IMG/VR virus record: IMGVR_UViG_3300045988_147626
Span: 1 to 45,319 of that record
Length of the DNA: 45,319 bases
From: a virus
Direction: 5' to 3' (one strand)
The notes beneath the pieces are model-generated. The model had not been told where the DNA came from and did not search any database. It was given only the letters and a program-made list of their open reading frames with translations. Below are positions 25,095 to 33,796 of the stretch, piece after piece (the first letter of the stretch is position 1; each line of letters begins with the position of its first letter). A program made the translations under genes and the position numbers.

Positions 25095-25107
25095 AGGAGG
25101 GATAGAC

Positions 25108-25368
25108 ATGGAGACGGCAGTAGTTTGTATTCCGATTTCGGAAGGTCAGATAGAAAGATTAAAAGCGTTGTATCCGGTACTCAAGGAAGAAATTTTAAAA
25201 AGATATCCAGATTTTGATGGGACGATTTTTGTTGATTGGATAGAGGCCTTCGAATTCATTTTGAATCGAGAGCAGAACGAAGGTGCTGTTCGTATCCTGA
25301 TTAACACACTTCTTACGTATGAAGAAGCGCGGCAGAAATCGGCGGATGAGCTGGGACACACGGAGTAG
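25108..25368 (+). CDS. Hypothetical early protein (86 aa)
   Basis: ATG 25108 follows AAAGGAGGG. The longer track start at 25036 lacks an RBS. Confidence 0.6.
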   Translation: METAVVCIPISEGQIERLKALYPVLKEEILKRYPDFDGTIFVDWIEAFEFILNREQNEGAVRILINTLLTYEEARQKSADELGHTE

Positions 25369-25378
25369 GGAGCGAACG

Positions 25379-25567
25379 ATGAGCAGGAGAACCAACGGAA
25401 CCAACCGCGCCGGGGCGATGGTAAACGCCAGCCGGTACACTGGTTATGGGAAGCCAAGAAAAACGACCGCCAGCTTGGCAGAGCTGAACGGTCGAATCAA
25501 TAAAAATATTAACAACTTGATTATATCAAGAGATTCGGGAGGATGCAATGGTAAAAGCAACAATTAA
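25379..25567 (+). CDS. Possible hypothetical protein (62 aa)
   Basis: ATG after GGGAG. Low-complexity. Weak support. Confidence 0.3.
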   Translation: MSRRTNGTNRAGAMVNASRYTGYGKPRKTTASLAELNGRINKNINNLIISRDSGGCNGKSNN

Positions 25568-25847
25568 AGGTAAAAGGGCGTCGATGGAGCTGGAGTGGGA
25601 TATGATCCTTGGTACCACGATCCAGTATGATGCAATCGGTAATTCAGAGGCGTTTATCATCGGTGATGTTAAACGTTCAATTCTTCCGGGAGCCCTGGCA
25701 GGAATGGCAGTGGCGTTTCTGAAAGCGTATTTTTCGGGAGAAGAGCTGGAGAAAGCGTATGCAGATTTCCATACAGCATTTCACACAGCTGCGGAAGTAG
25801 CACGGGAGGAGGATTCTGATGAAGAAGAGACTGGCAAAGAAAATTGA
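25548..25847 (+). CDS. Hypothetical early protein (99 aa)
   Basis: GGGAGG RBS. Acidic C-terminus. Confidence 0.6.
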   Translation: MVKATIKGKRASMELEWDMILGTTIQYDAIGNSEAFIIGDVKRSILPGALAGMAVAFLKAYFSGEELEKAYADFHTAFHTAAEVAREEDSDEEETGKEN

Positions 25848-26139
25848 GAAGATGCGCCGGAAGAAGATTCATGAGGCGCTGGAGATGGTGTTGGAGATCA
25901 ATACCACACAGGTAAGAAGTCAGGAGCTTACTGGACGCAAGCCTACGGCATTCTTTACATTCTTCGGAAATATTCCTGATGTTGATATTACCGTATATCA
26001 GAATGGATGGCGGTATGGAGCTGGACTTAGCGGACGGTACAGTAGACATTCCCACTCCGACAGTGCTGGAGGTATGGATCGGCTGCTGAAAGAGCTTGCG
26101 AACAAGAAAAAGGAGTTACAGGATGCTGGAAAGATGTGA
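25819..26139 (+). CDS. Hypothetical early protein (106 aa)
   Basis: Track ORF in the co-directional early operon. No family recognised. Confidence 0.55.
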   Translation: MKKRLAKKIEKMRRKKIHEALEMVLEINTTQVRSQELTGRKPTAFFTFFGNIPDVDITVYQNGWRYGAGLSGRYSRHSHSDSAGGMDRLLKELANKKKELQDAGKM

Positions 26140-26287
26140 CTGCTGCGGGGCATATCTGGAAGACGGCGGTTTGGCTTGTGAGGAGTGCCGGAAAGATATG
26201 AAGAACAGGATCAACCATAGAAACCATAAAAATCAGAGAAATGAAAATAGAGCAAATGAACCGGAGGTAGCTTATGAATTTGTATGA
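26123..26287 (+). CDS. Cys-rich small protein (54 aa)
   Basis: ATG 26123 follows AAGGAG. CDCCGAYLEDGGLACEEC zinc-ribbon-like pattern. Confidence 0.5.
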   Translation: MLERCDCCGAYLEDGGLACEECRKDMKNRINHRNHKNQRNENRANEPEVAYEFV

Positions 26288-26759
26288 GATTGATGCCCGC
26301 ATCATGGAAGCGTTTGAGGCGGCGGTCGATGAAGAGACGGGGGAGATTGTAAATGAGGAGGCTTATGCGGCGCTGGATGCGCTGCAGGAAGCCAGAGACG
26401 AGAAGATCGAGAATGTCCTGCTTTGGATTAAGGATCTGAAAAGTGATGCGGAGCAGCTGAAAAATGAAAAGAAGGTGCTGGAAACACGCCAGAGAGAAGC
26501 CGAGAGAAAGGCGGAATCGCTGCAGGAGTATGTTAAAAGAGTGTTGGATGGTCAGAAGTTTAAGACAAGCAGAGTGGCGGTGTCGTACCGTGCCAGCAAA
26601 GCGATTGAATACGCCGGGGATATCAATGCACTTCCGGAAGCGTTCATCCGGCGCAAGGATCCAGAGCTGAATAAGACAGCGCTGAAAGAGGCGCTGGACA
26701 ATGGCGTTGAGATTCCTGGCGTATCGATTGTAACCCGTAGCAACATGATCATTAGATAG
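26274..26759 (+). CDS. Siphovirus Gp157-family protein
   Basis: N-terminal MNLYEI...EETGEI and a central coiled coil, positioned immediately upstream of ERF. Typical Gp157. Confidence 0.7.
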   Translation: MNLYEIDARIMEAFEAAVDEETGEIVNEEAYAALDALQEARDEKIENVLLWIKDLKSDAEQLKNEKKVLETRQREAERKAESLQEYVKRVLDGQKFKTSRVAVSYRASKAIEYAGDINALPEAFIRRKDPELNKTALKEALDNGVEIPGVSIVTRSNMIIR

Positions 26760-26770
26760 GTGGCAGAGAT

Positions 26771-27451
26771 ATGGGAGAGACAAAAAAGAATATTTTCCAG
26801 ACGATAGCGGCCGTCATGGAAGATGTGGGAGTAGTCGGGAAAGATTCGTTAAATAAGCAGCAGAACTTCAAGTATCGCGGCATTGACGCAGTCATAAATG
26901 CGCTGAATCCGGCATTTATTAAGCATCACCTGTTCGTTGTCCCGGAGGTTATGGATCAGACGCGGGAGGAACGCAGGACTGCAAAGGGCGGGATGCTTTT
27001 ATATTCGGTCTGCCGTATGAAATATACATTCTATGCCGAGGATGGCAGCCACATCGAGGCGGTGGTAGTTGGCGAAGGGATGGATAGCGGCGACAAAGCA
27101 ACCAATAAAGCGATGTCGGCTGCATTCAAATATGCCTGCTTCCAGGTGTTCTGCATTCCAACCGAGGAAATGAAGGATCCGGATGCGGAGACGCCGCCAG
27201 CTTCCGAGAAAGCCCCAGAGCTGGCAACCGAAGCGATGAGGAATGTATTCCTGAAAGAGTGCGACAGAATCGGAAAGAGTCCGAAATGCATTTTGAAAGC
27301 AATCGGTGTAGATTCGTTGGAACACCTGACGGTGGAACGCTTCCAGAGCGCGATGAAGAGTTTTAAGAACACGCCGGATAAATCCAAAGGGAAAGTAGAT
27401 CCAGCCACGGTGCCGCCGGAGGATGAAACGAGCGGTCTTCCGTTCAATTAG
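26771..27451 (+). CDS. erf: ERF-family single-strand annealing protein
   Basis: NFKYRGIDAV..., MKYTFYAEDGSHIEAVVVGEGMDSGDKATNKAMSAAFKYA is characteristic of the ERF superfamily. Confidence 0.8.
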   Translation: MGETKKNIFQTIAAVMEDVGVVGKDSLNKQQNFKYRGIDAVINALNPAFIKHHLFVVPEVMDQTREERRTAKGGMLLYSVCRMKYTFYAEDGSHIEAVVVGEGMDSGDKATNKAMSAAFKYACFQVFCIPTEEMKDPDAETPPASEKAPELATEAMRNVFLKECDRIGKSPKCILKAIGVDSLEHLTVERFQSAMKSFKNTPDKSKGKVDPATVPPEDETSGLPFN

Positions 27452-27454
27452 CCT

Positions 27455-28048
27455 ATGGAGAGTAAGGGAACTTTAAAAGATGTGTCGATGGACTGGAAAA
27501 CCGGTCGGATGCGGCTGACGTTTGAGCTGGAATCGGATGTATCGTCGTCGATTGACAAGATGAAGGACAAGCCCCTGCGGATCATTGCAAAGCAATGGCG
27601 GGAGAAGCGGAGCCTGGACGCGAATGCGTATTACTGGGTGCTTCTCTCGCGTTTGGCAGAGATGGCGGGCATATCCAAGCCGCGGGCGCACAATCTCATG
27701 CTTCGGAGGTACGGTCAGAATCTCATGATTGCCGGTCAGATGGCGTATTTGGTTGTGCCGGACACGACCGAAGCGGAAGAGACGGCGCTGGAGGCGGAAA
27801 CCTTCCACATCCGTCCAACTTCGCAGGTTAAGCAGGGCAAGGATGGGAAAGCATACCGTACATATACGGTGCTTGCTGGATCCAGTACCTACGATACAAA
27901 GGAAATGAGCGAGTTGATAAATGGGCTGGTAGCGGAATGCAAGGAGCAGGGGATTGAAACTCTGCCGCCGGAGGAGTTGGCTCGGATGATGGCAGAGTAT
28001 GAAGAAAACCACAGGAAGAAAGAAACTGTACAGCGTACTGACGGATGA
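27455..28048 (+). CDS. NinB/Orf-like recombination mediator (tentative)
   Basis: The KRSLDANAYYWVLLSRLAE motif resembles NinB. Located after ERF. Confidence 0.45.
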   Translation: MESKGTLKDVSMDWKTGRMRLTFELESDVSSSIDKMKDKPLRIIAKQWREKRSLDANAYYWVLLSRLAEMAGISKPRAHNLMLRRYGQNLMIAGQMAYLVVPDTTEAEETALEAETFHIRPTSQVKQGKDGKAYRTYTVLAGSSTYDTKEMSELINGLVAECKEQGIETLPPEELARMMAEYEENHRKKETVQRTDG

Positions 28049-28304
28049 TTTAAAACATTGTATCATTACCGGCAGCCAGGAGGTGGCAATCCATCATGTA
28101 TTTAATGGAGCCAACCGGAGCAGATCGGAGGCATATGGCTTTATCGTTCCGCTCCGCCCGGACTGGCATAACATGACGCCGTACAGCGTCCATATGAATC
28201 AAGAGTTCGACGAGAGCCTGAAACGTCAGGCACAGGAGTATTATGAGGCTCACATCGGCAGCAGACAGCAGTTTATTGCCGAGTTTGGCAAGAGTTATTT
28301 ATAA
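27999..28304 (+). CDS. Hypothetical protein with HNH/NinG-like Cys-His pattern (101 aa)
   Basis: CIITGSQEVAIHHVFNGANRSRSE...PLRPDWH. The function call is weak. Confidence 0.45.
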   Translation: MKKTTGRKKLYSVLTDDLKHCIITGSQEVAIHHVFNGANRSRSEAYGFIVPLRPDWHNMTPYSVHMNQEFDESLKRQAQEYYEAHIGSRQQFIAEFGKSYL

Positions 28305-28452
28305 CGGTACAACAGCCGCAGGGCTTGTACATAGCAACCCGTAGACAGCATCCTGGCACGCCTTACCGTGTTATATATTACCAACCTTTACAGGATGCCA
28401 TTGGTTTACCGGGAGGGAGACCGACCCTCCCGCTCCGGAAGGGGGAAGAGAT

Positions 28453-28875
28453 TTGTCGGAAAAGAAATTGACAGAAATGGAAATCTTTACCAGTGCTTTA
28501 TACAATGCGCTGGGTGTAGGACATAAGAACGCGCAGACCCGCAGGGAGCTGTGCAAGCGCCTCGGATGCAGCGATCGGATGCTCCGCAAGGGAATAGAGA
28601 TTCTGCGGCTTGATTACGCGATTCTGAGCCGTGACGATGGCAAGGGCTATTACCTGCCGGAGACAACGGATGCGGGGCGGGCAGATGCCAAGCGCTGGTC
28701 TAAGCGGCAAGATCGCCGCGTGCAGGCAATCCGCGCAGCACAGGCGGGAGCACTTAAATTTGCGACGGGATGGAAAGAGCCGAAAGGCATATATGGACAA
28801 ATTAGCATGTTCAGGGATGGAGGACAGCGGGATGGGGAAGGCACAGAGGGAAAAAGGAAAGCGCGGCGAGCGTGA
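28453..28875 (+). CDS. Hypothetical winged-helix DNA-binding protein (140 aa)
   Basis: TTG start after GGGGGAAGAG. The RRELCKRLGCSDRMLRKGIEILR stretch is wHTH-like. Confidence 0.5.
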   Translation: MSEKKLTEMEIFTSALYNALGVGHKNAQTRRELCKRLGCSDRMLRKGIEILRLDYAILSRDDGKGYYLPETTDAGRADAKRWSKRQDRRVQAIRAAQAGALKFATGWKEPKGIYGQISMFRDGGQRDGEGTEGKRKARRA

Positions 28876-29260
28876 ACTTGCTGGCATCCTGCGGGACTAT
28901 GGATATAATTGCCGCCGGGGTCAGCAGTATTGCGGGACTTCCGGCGATGCGGACGTGATTGGGCTGCCGGATGTACATATCGAAGTAAAACGAGTGGAAG
29001 ACCTGAGACTTCGGAAAGCGCTGCAGCGGTCCTCAAGGGACGCCAGGGCGGGCGAGATTCCGGTGGTAATGCACCGGCGCAACCGTGAGCCGTGGCGGGT
29101 GTCCATGTACCTGCAGAACTTCCAACGGATGTATTCGGACGACATTTTCGACGAACTGAAAGCACGGATCCGCGGTGGAATCATTACTCTGCTGTTGGAT
29201 ACATGGATCTGCTATTACCGGGACTGGCAGGCGGGAAAGGAGATGGGCTTGGATGAGTGA
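28832..29260 (+). CDS. Putative PD-(D/E)XK Holliday-junction resolvase-like nuclease
   Basis: ATG 28832 follows GGAGGA. GKRGERELAGILR...GDADVIGLPDVHIEVKR pattern. The longer track N-terminus is Arg-rich and implausible. Confidence 0.55.
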   Translation: MGKAQREKGKRGERELAGILRDYGYNCRRGQQYCGTSGDADVIGLPDVHIEVKRVEDLRLRKALQRSSRDARAGEIPVVMHRRNREPWRVSMYLQNFQRMYSDDIFDELKARIRGGIITLLLDTWICYYRDWQAGKEMGLDE

Positions 29261-29975
29261 TAAGAAGTCTTTTGTCATGTATGAGAGCTGGGGCACTGCC
29301 ATCGAAAAGATGAGCAACGAGCAGGCGGGCGAACTCATCAAGGCGATCTATGCCTACCAGAAAGACCCGGATGCCGCTCCGAAAGACCCTGCATTGGCGT
29401 TCGTGTTTGAACTTATCAAGCAGCAGCTGGACGCAGACAGTCAGCGCTACAAAGAAGCATGTGCCGCCAGATCGGAAGCAGGGAAGAAAGGCGGAAGACC
29501 AAAAGCAAATGCTTCTGATAAAAAGCAAATGGTTTCTGAGGAAAGCAAAAAAAGCAAATGCTTTTCTGAAAAAGCAAAAAAAGCTGATAATGAGTATGAT
29601 AATGATTTAAAAGAAAACACCCTAGAGGGTGTAAAAGAAAAGCGCTTCGCGCCTCCCACACTCCAAGAAGTAAAAGATTACTGCCTGAAAATGGGATACA
29701 CGCACGTGGATGCAGAGCGTTTTATTGACTACTACACCAGTAACGGCTGGATGGTCGGCAAGAATCGCATGAAGGACTGGAAAGCAGCGGTTAGAAATTG
29801 GGACAGGAGAGAAAAGAATCCGCAGAGGCAGGATGGGGCCGCCGAAGTCGCCAAGAAGAACCGCTTTCACAACCTGGAAGAACATGGCTACGACTACGAT
29901 GCGATGGTGTGGGGCATGGTGGGCGCAGCGGCGCAGGGCGAGGCTGGAAGCGCTGTGGAACCCGGTACGGGATGA
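29253..29975 (+). CDS. DUF6291-like / replisome-organiser-like protein
   Basis: ATG 29253 overlaps the upstream stop. N-terminal FVMYESWGTAIEKMSNEQAGELIKAIYAY, a Lys-rich linker, and C-terminal FIDYYTSNGWMVGKNRMKDWKAAVRNW. Confidence 0.5.
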   Translation: MSDKKSFVMYESWGTAIEKMSNEQAGELIKAIYAYQKDPDAAPKDPALAFVFELIKQQLDADSQRYKEACAARSEAGKKGGRPKANASDKKQMVSEESKKSKCFSEKAKKADNEYDNDLKENTLEGVKEKRFAPPTLQEVKDYCLKMGYTHVDAERFIDYYTSNGWMVGKNRMKDWKAAVRNWDRREKNPQRQDGAAEVAKKNRFHNLEEHGYDYDAMVWGMVGAAAQGEAGSAVEPGTG

Positions 29976-29989
29976 AAGGATGATGAACA

Positions 29990-30778
29990 ATGCAATCAGT
30001 GATTCGCTATCCAGGCAGTAAGGCGCGCTTGGCGGACTGGATCATCGGTCACTTCCCGGCTCATCGCAGCTATTTAGAGCCATTTTTAGGTTCTGGAGCG
30101 GTTCTCTTCCGGAAAACGCGGAGCCCGATTGAAACGATCAACGATCTGGATGGAGATGTAATCAACCTGTTTGAATGCATCCGGAAAGATCCGGAACGTC
30201 TCGCATGGATGATTTACTACACCCCATATGCGCGTATGCTGTACGAAGAAGAGGGAAAATTCACGGAAGCCTATGACCGGGCTGTAAGACTGTGTATAAG
30301 AGCCAATCAAGGATATGGATTCCGAACGGTCGGATCTCCGCCTGGTTGGAAGCGGGATGTTTGTGGCAGAGAAAAAGCGTATACGGCGCGTGATTGGAGC
30401 CGACTTCCGGATGTGATCATACAAGCGGCGGAACGACTGCGGGGAGTGCAGATAGAGTGTATGGATGCGGTTAAGCTGATCGAGCAATATAATCACAAAA
30501 ACGTGCTGATTTACTGCGATCCGCCGTACATCCTTGGCAGCAGGACAGGCAAGCAGTACAAGCATGAGATGAGCGATACGGACCACGAGAACCTTCTGAG
30601 GGCGCTTTTGCAACACCAGGGACCGGCGATAATAAGCGGATATGATAATGAGCTGTATTCGGATATGCTGCAGAACTGGCACAGGGAAGAAAAGATAGAA
30701 TATTGCCGTGCAAACAAGCAGCGGACGGAATGCCTCTGGATGAATTTTGAGCTGGAGGGGCAGATGAGGATGTTTTAG
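29990..30778 (+). CDS. dam: DNA adenine methyltransferase (Dam / D12 class)
   Basis: N-terminal RYPGSKARLADWI, EPFLGSGAV (SAM binding) and the DPPY catalytic motif (YCDPPYI). Confidence 0.9.
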   Translation: MQSVIRYPGSKARLADWIIGHFPAHRSYLEPFLGSGAVLFRKTRSPIETINDLDGDVINLFECIRKDPERLAWMIYYTPYARMLYEEEGKFTEAYDRAVRLCIRANQGYGFRTVGSPPGWKRDVCGREKAYTARDWSRLPDVIIQAAERLRGVQIECMDAVKLIEQYNHKNVLIYCDPPYILGSRTGKQYKHEMSDTDHENLLRALLQHQGPAIISGYDNELYSDMLQNWHREEKIEYCRANKQRTECLWMNFELEGQMRMF

Positions 30779-30805
30779 GCAGGGGTGAGAAAGGAGTAAC
30801 GAACG

Positions 30806-31300
30806 ATGATGAGCATGGAGGAACGCCGGGTAGCCATCAAGAAGCAGCTTCGGGGCGGCAAGAGAAATACCCTTCGGGAGCTTTCGGAAGCGATTGGCGA
30901 GGAACGGGAGAGAACCAGAGCTGCGGTAAAGAAAATGTGTGCTCTGGGCGAACTGATTCAGGAGGGCGATGGTGTGCGCGGTCAGAAAGCGGTCTACCTG
31001 CTGACGCGTGTAGGCGAGGAGGAAAACGACGAGGAACTGGACAAGCCAGATGATCGCCGGATGGTAGACGGCATCTGGGCGGATGAGCTGGAAAAGACCA
31101 GAAACCGGGTGCAGGTCGGGGATTCGCTCAAAGTGATGCTGCTTGCCGATGCGCGTACCAAAGGCGAGGTGCGAACCGTGCGCCGGACGGTTCGGGTAAT
31201 CAGTAAGCACCGGTATCTGGTGCGGACATCCGACGGAAGCAGCAGTACATACGCGGAATTGGCGATGTATTACCGCGGGAAGATTCTGGATCGGCGGTAG
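30806..31300 (+). CDS. Hypothetical protein with N-terminal wHTH-like region (164 aa)
   Basis: Track ORF in the operon. No family recognised. Confidence 0.55.
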   Translation: MMSMEERRVAIKKQLRGGKRNTLRELSEAIGEERERTRAAVKKMCALGELIQEGDGVRGQKAVYLLTRVGEEENDEELDKPDDRRMVDGIWADELEKTRNRVQVGDSLKVMLLADARTKGEVRTVRRTVRVISKHRYLVRTSDGSSSTYAELAMYYRGKILDRR

Positions 31301-31338
31301 TAATGCCGGTGTAGGCGAAGGAGGGAACGGAGGACTGT

Positions 31339-31644
31339 ATGAGAACACGTTATAAAACCTATGCGGATTATGGGATGCTGAAAAGCGATGAAGAGAAAAC
31401 GCGGGAGCGCTGCCTGAAAGCATCTGCGGAGGAAAGGCTTATTATTCTCCAGTGTGCGATCTCTGCGGCTCCGGGACTGGAAATAGCGATATACGATTCG
31501 ATTACCGGCGGCGCCGGATACCGGACGCTTCTGCGGATGGGACGGCAGATAGCGGCAGGCGAGGACGATTTCTACGCTTACCGCCGCAAAACGTTGGCAG
31601 AGATAAGCAGATATATGAGGCTGCTGGGAAGGTGGAAGGAATGA
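31339..31644 (+). CDS. Hypothetical protein (101 aa), possible late regulator
   Basis: Last sizeable early ORF before the accessory island. The function is a guess from position only. Confidence 0.45.
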   Translation: MRTRYKTYADYGMLKSDEEKTRERCLKASAEERLIILQCAISAAPGLEIAIYDSITGGAGYRTLLRMGRQIAAGEDDFYAYRRKTLAEISRYMRLLGRWKE

Positions 31645-31790
31645 AGAAAGATGCGGAGGACAGCATTCCCAAAGCGGCAGTGCTGGAGCTGATAAAAGAG
31701 ATGGGCGGCTGCGATGCGGGCGATGAATATGCCAGAGGATGGGACGCTGCCTGTGACGCGATATACAGAGAGGTGCAACAGATAAAATAA
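31641..31790 (+). CDS. Hypothetical small protein (49 aa)
   Basis: ATGA overlap with the upstream stop, after GGTGGAAGGA. Confidence 0.45.
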   Translation: MKKDAEDSIPKAAVLELIKEMGGCDAGDEYARGWDAACDAIYREVQQIK

Positions 31791-31794
31791 AAGA

Positions 31795-31812
31795 CCCCGG
31801 AAGAATCCGGGG
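31795..31812. terminator. Hairpin terminator between convergent transcription units
   Basis: CCCCGGA, AGAA loop, TCCGGGG. The A-run upstream gives a T-run on the minus strand (hicB side). Confidence 0.7.
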
Positions 31813-31822
31813 CGTAAGGAGA

Positions 31823-32224
31823 TTAGGCCTGTGTCTGTAATTTTGCAATGAGAGCATCTTTCAAGACCTTGGAATAATTAATGCCATAGTTCTCGCAGGC
31901 GGTATTCAGCCACGCAGGGATGCTCAAGGTTTTCTTGACCGCCTTATCATCATATGCGCGGGCGTACTCGTTGAGGTTGACGCCTACCAGGTTGACGAAA
32001 GCAGCGGGATCATCCTTTTCGACAGACTCAAGCGGTGTAGGCGTTGGAAGCGCTTCACCGTCACGCAAGGAGGTAAACAGGTATTGTCCGCACGCATCCT
32101 GTGCCATAGAAAAAGCGTCAGCGAGGTTATCGCCGTATGTGGCAAGATCGTTAAGGTCTGGGAATATAACCGAAAAGCGACCGTCTGGTTCTGGATAAAA
32201 TACAGCTGGATAGATATAGTTCAT
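31823..32224 (-). CDS. hicB: HicB-family antitoxin
   Basis: MNYIYPAVFYPEPDGRFSVIFPDLNDLATYGDNLADAF is a typical HicB N-terminus. ATG 32224 follows AAAGGAGA. Downstream of hicA. Confidence 0.85.
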   Translation of the reverse strand: MNYIYPAVFYPEPDGRFSVIFPDLNDLATYGDNLADAFSMAQDACGQYLFTSLRDGEALPTPTPLESVEKDDPAAFVNLVGVNLNEYARAYDDKAVKKTLSIPAWLNTACENYGINYSKVLKDALIAKLQTQA

Positions 32225-32261
32225 AAACAATCTCCTTTCAGATGATTTAAGGAGACAGGTC

Positions 32262-32444
32262 TCATTTGAGACCCGCCTGTTTAAGTATGGAGTTGGCAAC
32301 TCGCAGCGGAAGATCGCCGCGATGGTTTGGGATTGTAACCCTTCCGGGTTTGATTGGATGCTTGTATTGGTAGTACGAACCACTTACATTAACCAGCGTC
32401 CAACCATCATCGAGAATTATTTTTTCGATTTCACGAAATCTCAT
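32262..32444 (-). CDS. hicA: HicA-family mRNA interferase toxin
   Basis: 60 aa. The pattern ...GW..V...GSYYQYKHP.KPGRVTIPNH.GDL is typical HicA. Confidence 0.88.
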   Translation of the reverse strand: MRFREIEKIILDDGWTLVNVSGSYYQYKHPIKPGRVTIPNHRGDLPLRVANSILKQAGLK

Positions 32445-32469
32445 TAAGCTGTTTCCTCCTTACAATGAT

Positions 32470-32519
32470 ATTATAGCACGTATTATACGTGTAGTCAATA
32501 TAAAATACGTATAATACGT
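32470..32519 (-). promoter_or_regulatory. hicAB promoter with two palindromic operators
   Basis: The minus strand reads TTGACT (32493..32498), 17-nt spacer, TATAAT (32470..32475). Palindromes ACGTATTATACGT (32478..32490) and ACGTATAATACGT (32507..32519). Confidence 0.7.
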
Positions 32520-32574
32520 AAAAATAAAGCGGCATAACACAGGAAATTTAAGAGAATGATAGGAGGGAGATATC

Positions 32575-32733
32575 ATGAATTGTTTGAGCGAATTGTCAGG
32601 AAATAGAAAATGCTGGAACTGCTGGTATGATGAATTTTGCGACTGGCATCCGGCGGGCGATGAGGGGGCGTGCGAGAATTGGAAGCCGGAGAAAGGCCAA
32701 ACATCGGAAAAACGGATTGTAAGAAAAATGTAA
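32575..32733 (+). CDS. Cys-rich small protein (52 aa)
   Basis: ATG follows AGGAGGGAG. KCWNCWYDEFCDW...GACENW pattern. Below the track cutoff. Confidence 0.5.
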   Translation: MNCLSELSGNRKCWNCWYDEFCDWHPAGDEGACENWKPEKGQTSEKRIVRKM

Positions 32734-32738
32734 GAAAT

Positions 32739-32764
32739 AGGGGGCGGGTACTCCCTGTTTTTTT
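32739..32764 (+). terminator. Weak rho-independent terminator
   Basis: AGGGGG pairs with CTCCCT (one G-T pair), followed by a T7 run. Confidence 0.5.
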
Positions 32765-32940
32765 AATCGTCTATCTTTGCAGACATTATAATCAAATAAA
32801 AAATTCTGCGGGAAACGGCAATAAGGGTAAGAAAATGCTGATTGAAAACAAAAAATCGATTTATGGGCATTTTAGAGTGTTTAGAATGGGTCGGGGCTGA
32901 TAGAAGCGGATTTTACAAAAGAAATTGAGTGTGCTATAAA

Positions 32941-32972
32941 ATAAAAAGCCGCCTATTTGTTGGTAGGCGGCT
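32941..32972 (-). terminator. Rho-independent terminator of the second XRE gene
   Basis: On the minus strand, AGCCGCCTA...TAGGCGGCT is followed by TTTTTAT. The hairpin overlaps the stop codon. Confidence 0.75.
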
Positions 32973-33495
32973 GATGAGTATATAATTTGAGCATTTCCGT
33001 AAAAAGTTGGTATGTTTGAAAATTTAAGGTTATAGAGGATGTCATCTGTCCTGCTTGCTCTGCTAATTCTTCTAAGGATTCAGCTTCTGCCGGGGCAATT
33101 TCTTCGTAAGCTTTTGCAATAACATTTAAGTTAGTCAGCATTTGTGCAGGTATATCATGAGAAGTAAATGATATGTTACACTTTTTGTATTGTTCTACCA
33201 ACCTAGAATAGTTTTTTAAGATGGATTGGAATAGATCGTAGAGAACCTTGTTTCTTGGCAATGATAAAGATTGACTGAACCCGTATTCTTCGGCTGCATT
33301 TTTATAATTGCTACAACCGAGAAGGTAGTCAGTAGATACTCCAAAAAACTTTGCAATTTTTATGAGGGTGTCAAAAGATGGTTGCTGCTCAGCACGCTCA
33401 TATTTTCCGAGTGATGAATATGAGATATTAAGCTTTTCAGATAGTTGGCGTAATGTTAAATTATGTTCTTCACGCAAGCTTTTTAATCGTTGCAT
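32953..33495 (-). CDS. Second XRE-family HTH regulator (180 aa)
   Basis: LREEHNLTLRQLSEKLNISYSSLGKYERAEQQPSFDTLIKIAKFFGVSTDYLLG is a canonical HTH_3 region. Divergent from a second antirepressor. Confidence 0.8.
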   Translation of the reverse strand: MQRLKSLREEHNLTLRQLSEKLNISYSSLGKYERAEQQPSFDTLIKIAKFFGVSTDYLLGCSNYKNAAEEYGFSQSLSLPRNKVLYDLFQSILKNYSRLVEQYKKCNISFTSHDIPAQMLTNLNVIAKAYEEIAPAEAESLEELAEQAGQMTSSITLNFQTYQLFTEMLKLYTHQPPTNK

Positions 33496-33510
33496 ATAAA
33501 CACCTCCTAA

Positions 33511-33581
33511 GACACATTATAGTATATTGTGTCCAAAAAGTAAACTTCCATATTGACATTTCCTTTTTAATACACTATAAT
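33511..33581. promoter_or_regulatory. Divergent promoters and operator of the second XRE/Ant switch
   Basis: Rightward: TTGACA (33553..33558), 17-nt spacer, TATAAT (33576..33581). Leftward: TTTACT (33539..33544), 17-nt spacer, TATAAT (33516..33521). The inverted repeat GACACA-N11-TGTGTC (33511..33533) overlaps the leftward -10. Confidence 0.65.
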
Positions 33582-33796
33582 GAGGATGTTCCCTTAAAGT
33601 ACACAAAGGAGGTGAGAACATAAAAAGGGGATAATAGAAAATGGGTATTAAAAAGGTCTATGAAGATTTAAAAAAATAGAAGTTGCGCCCCGACCAAAGT
33701 TTGCAACTTCTATAAGCCACAAATCACAAAGGATTTGATAAATATGACTATATCATCTCCTTTGTGAAATTTCAAGAAAAAGGAGAATGAATTAAG

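Noticed and set aside
28631-28831. Long N-terminal extensions of track ORFs (for example 28631 for the resolvase, 29175 for the DUF6291-like gene, 31452, 25036, 15253, 20896)
   Set aside because: The extensions overlap upstream genes, are Arg-rich or otherwise implausible, and lack an SD. Internal ATGs with good SD spacing and ATGA/TGATG coupling were chosen instead.
30086-31423. 445-aa ORF on the minus strand
   Set aside because: It is antisense to the well-supported Dam methylase and following genes. It is Pro/Arg/Ser/His-rich and low-complexity, has no RBS, and is typical of an open antisense frame in GC-rich coding DNA.
32670-32900. 76-aa GTG-initiated ORF
   Set aside because: It overlaps the better-supported Cys-rich ORF 32575..32733 in another frame and runs through its terminator. 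It has no RBS.
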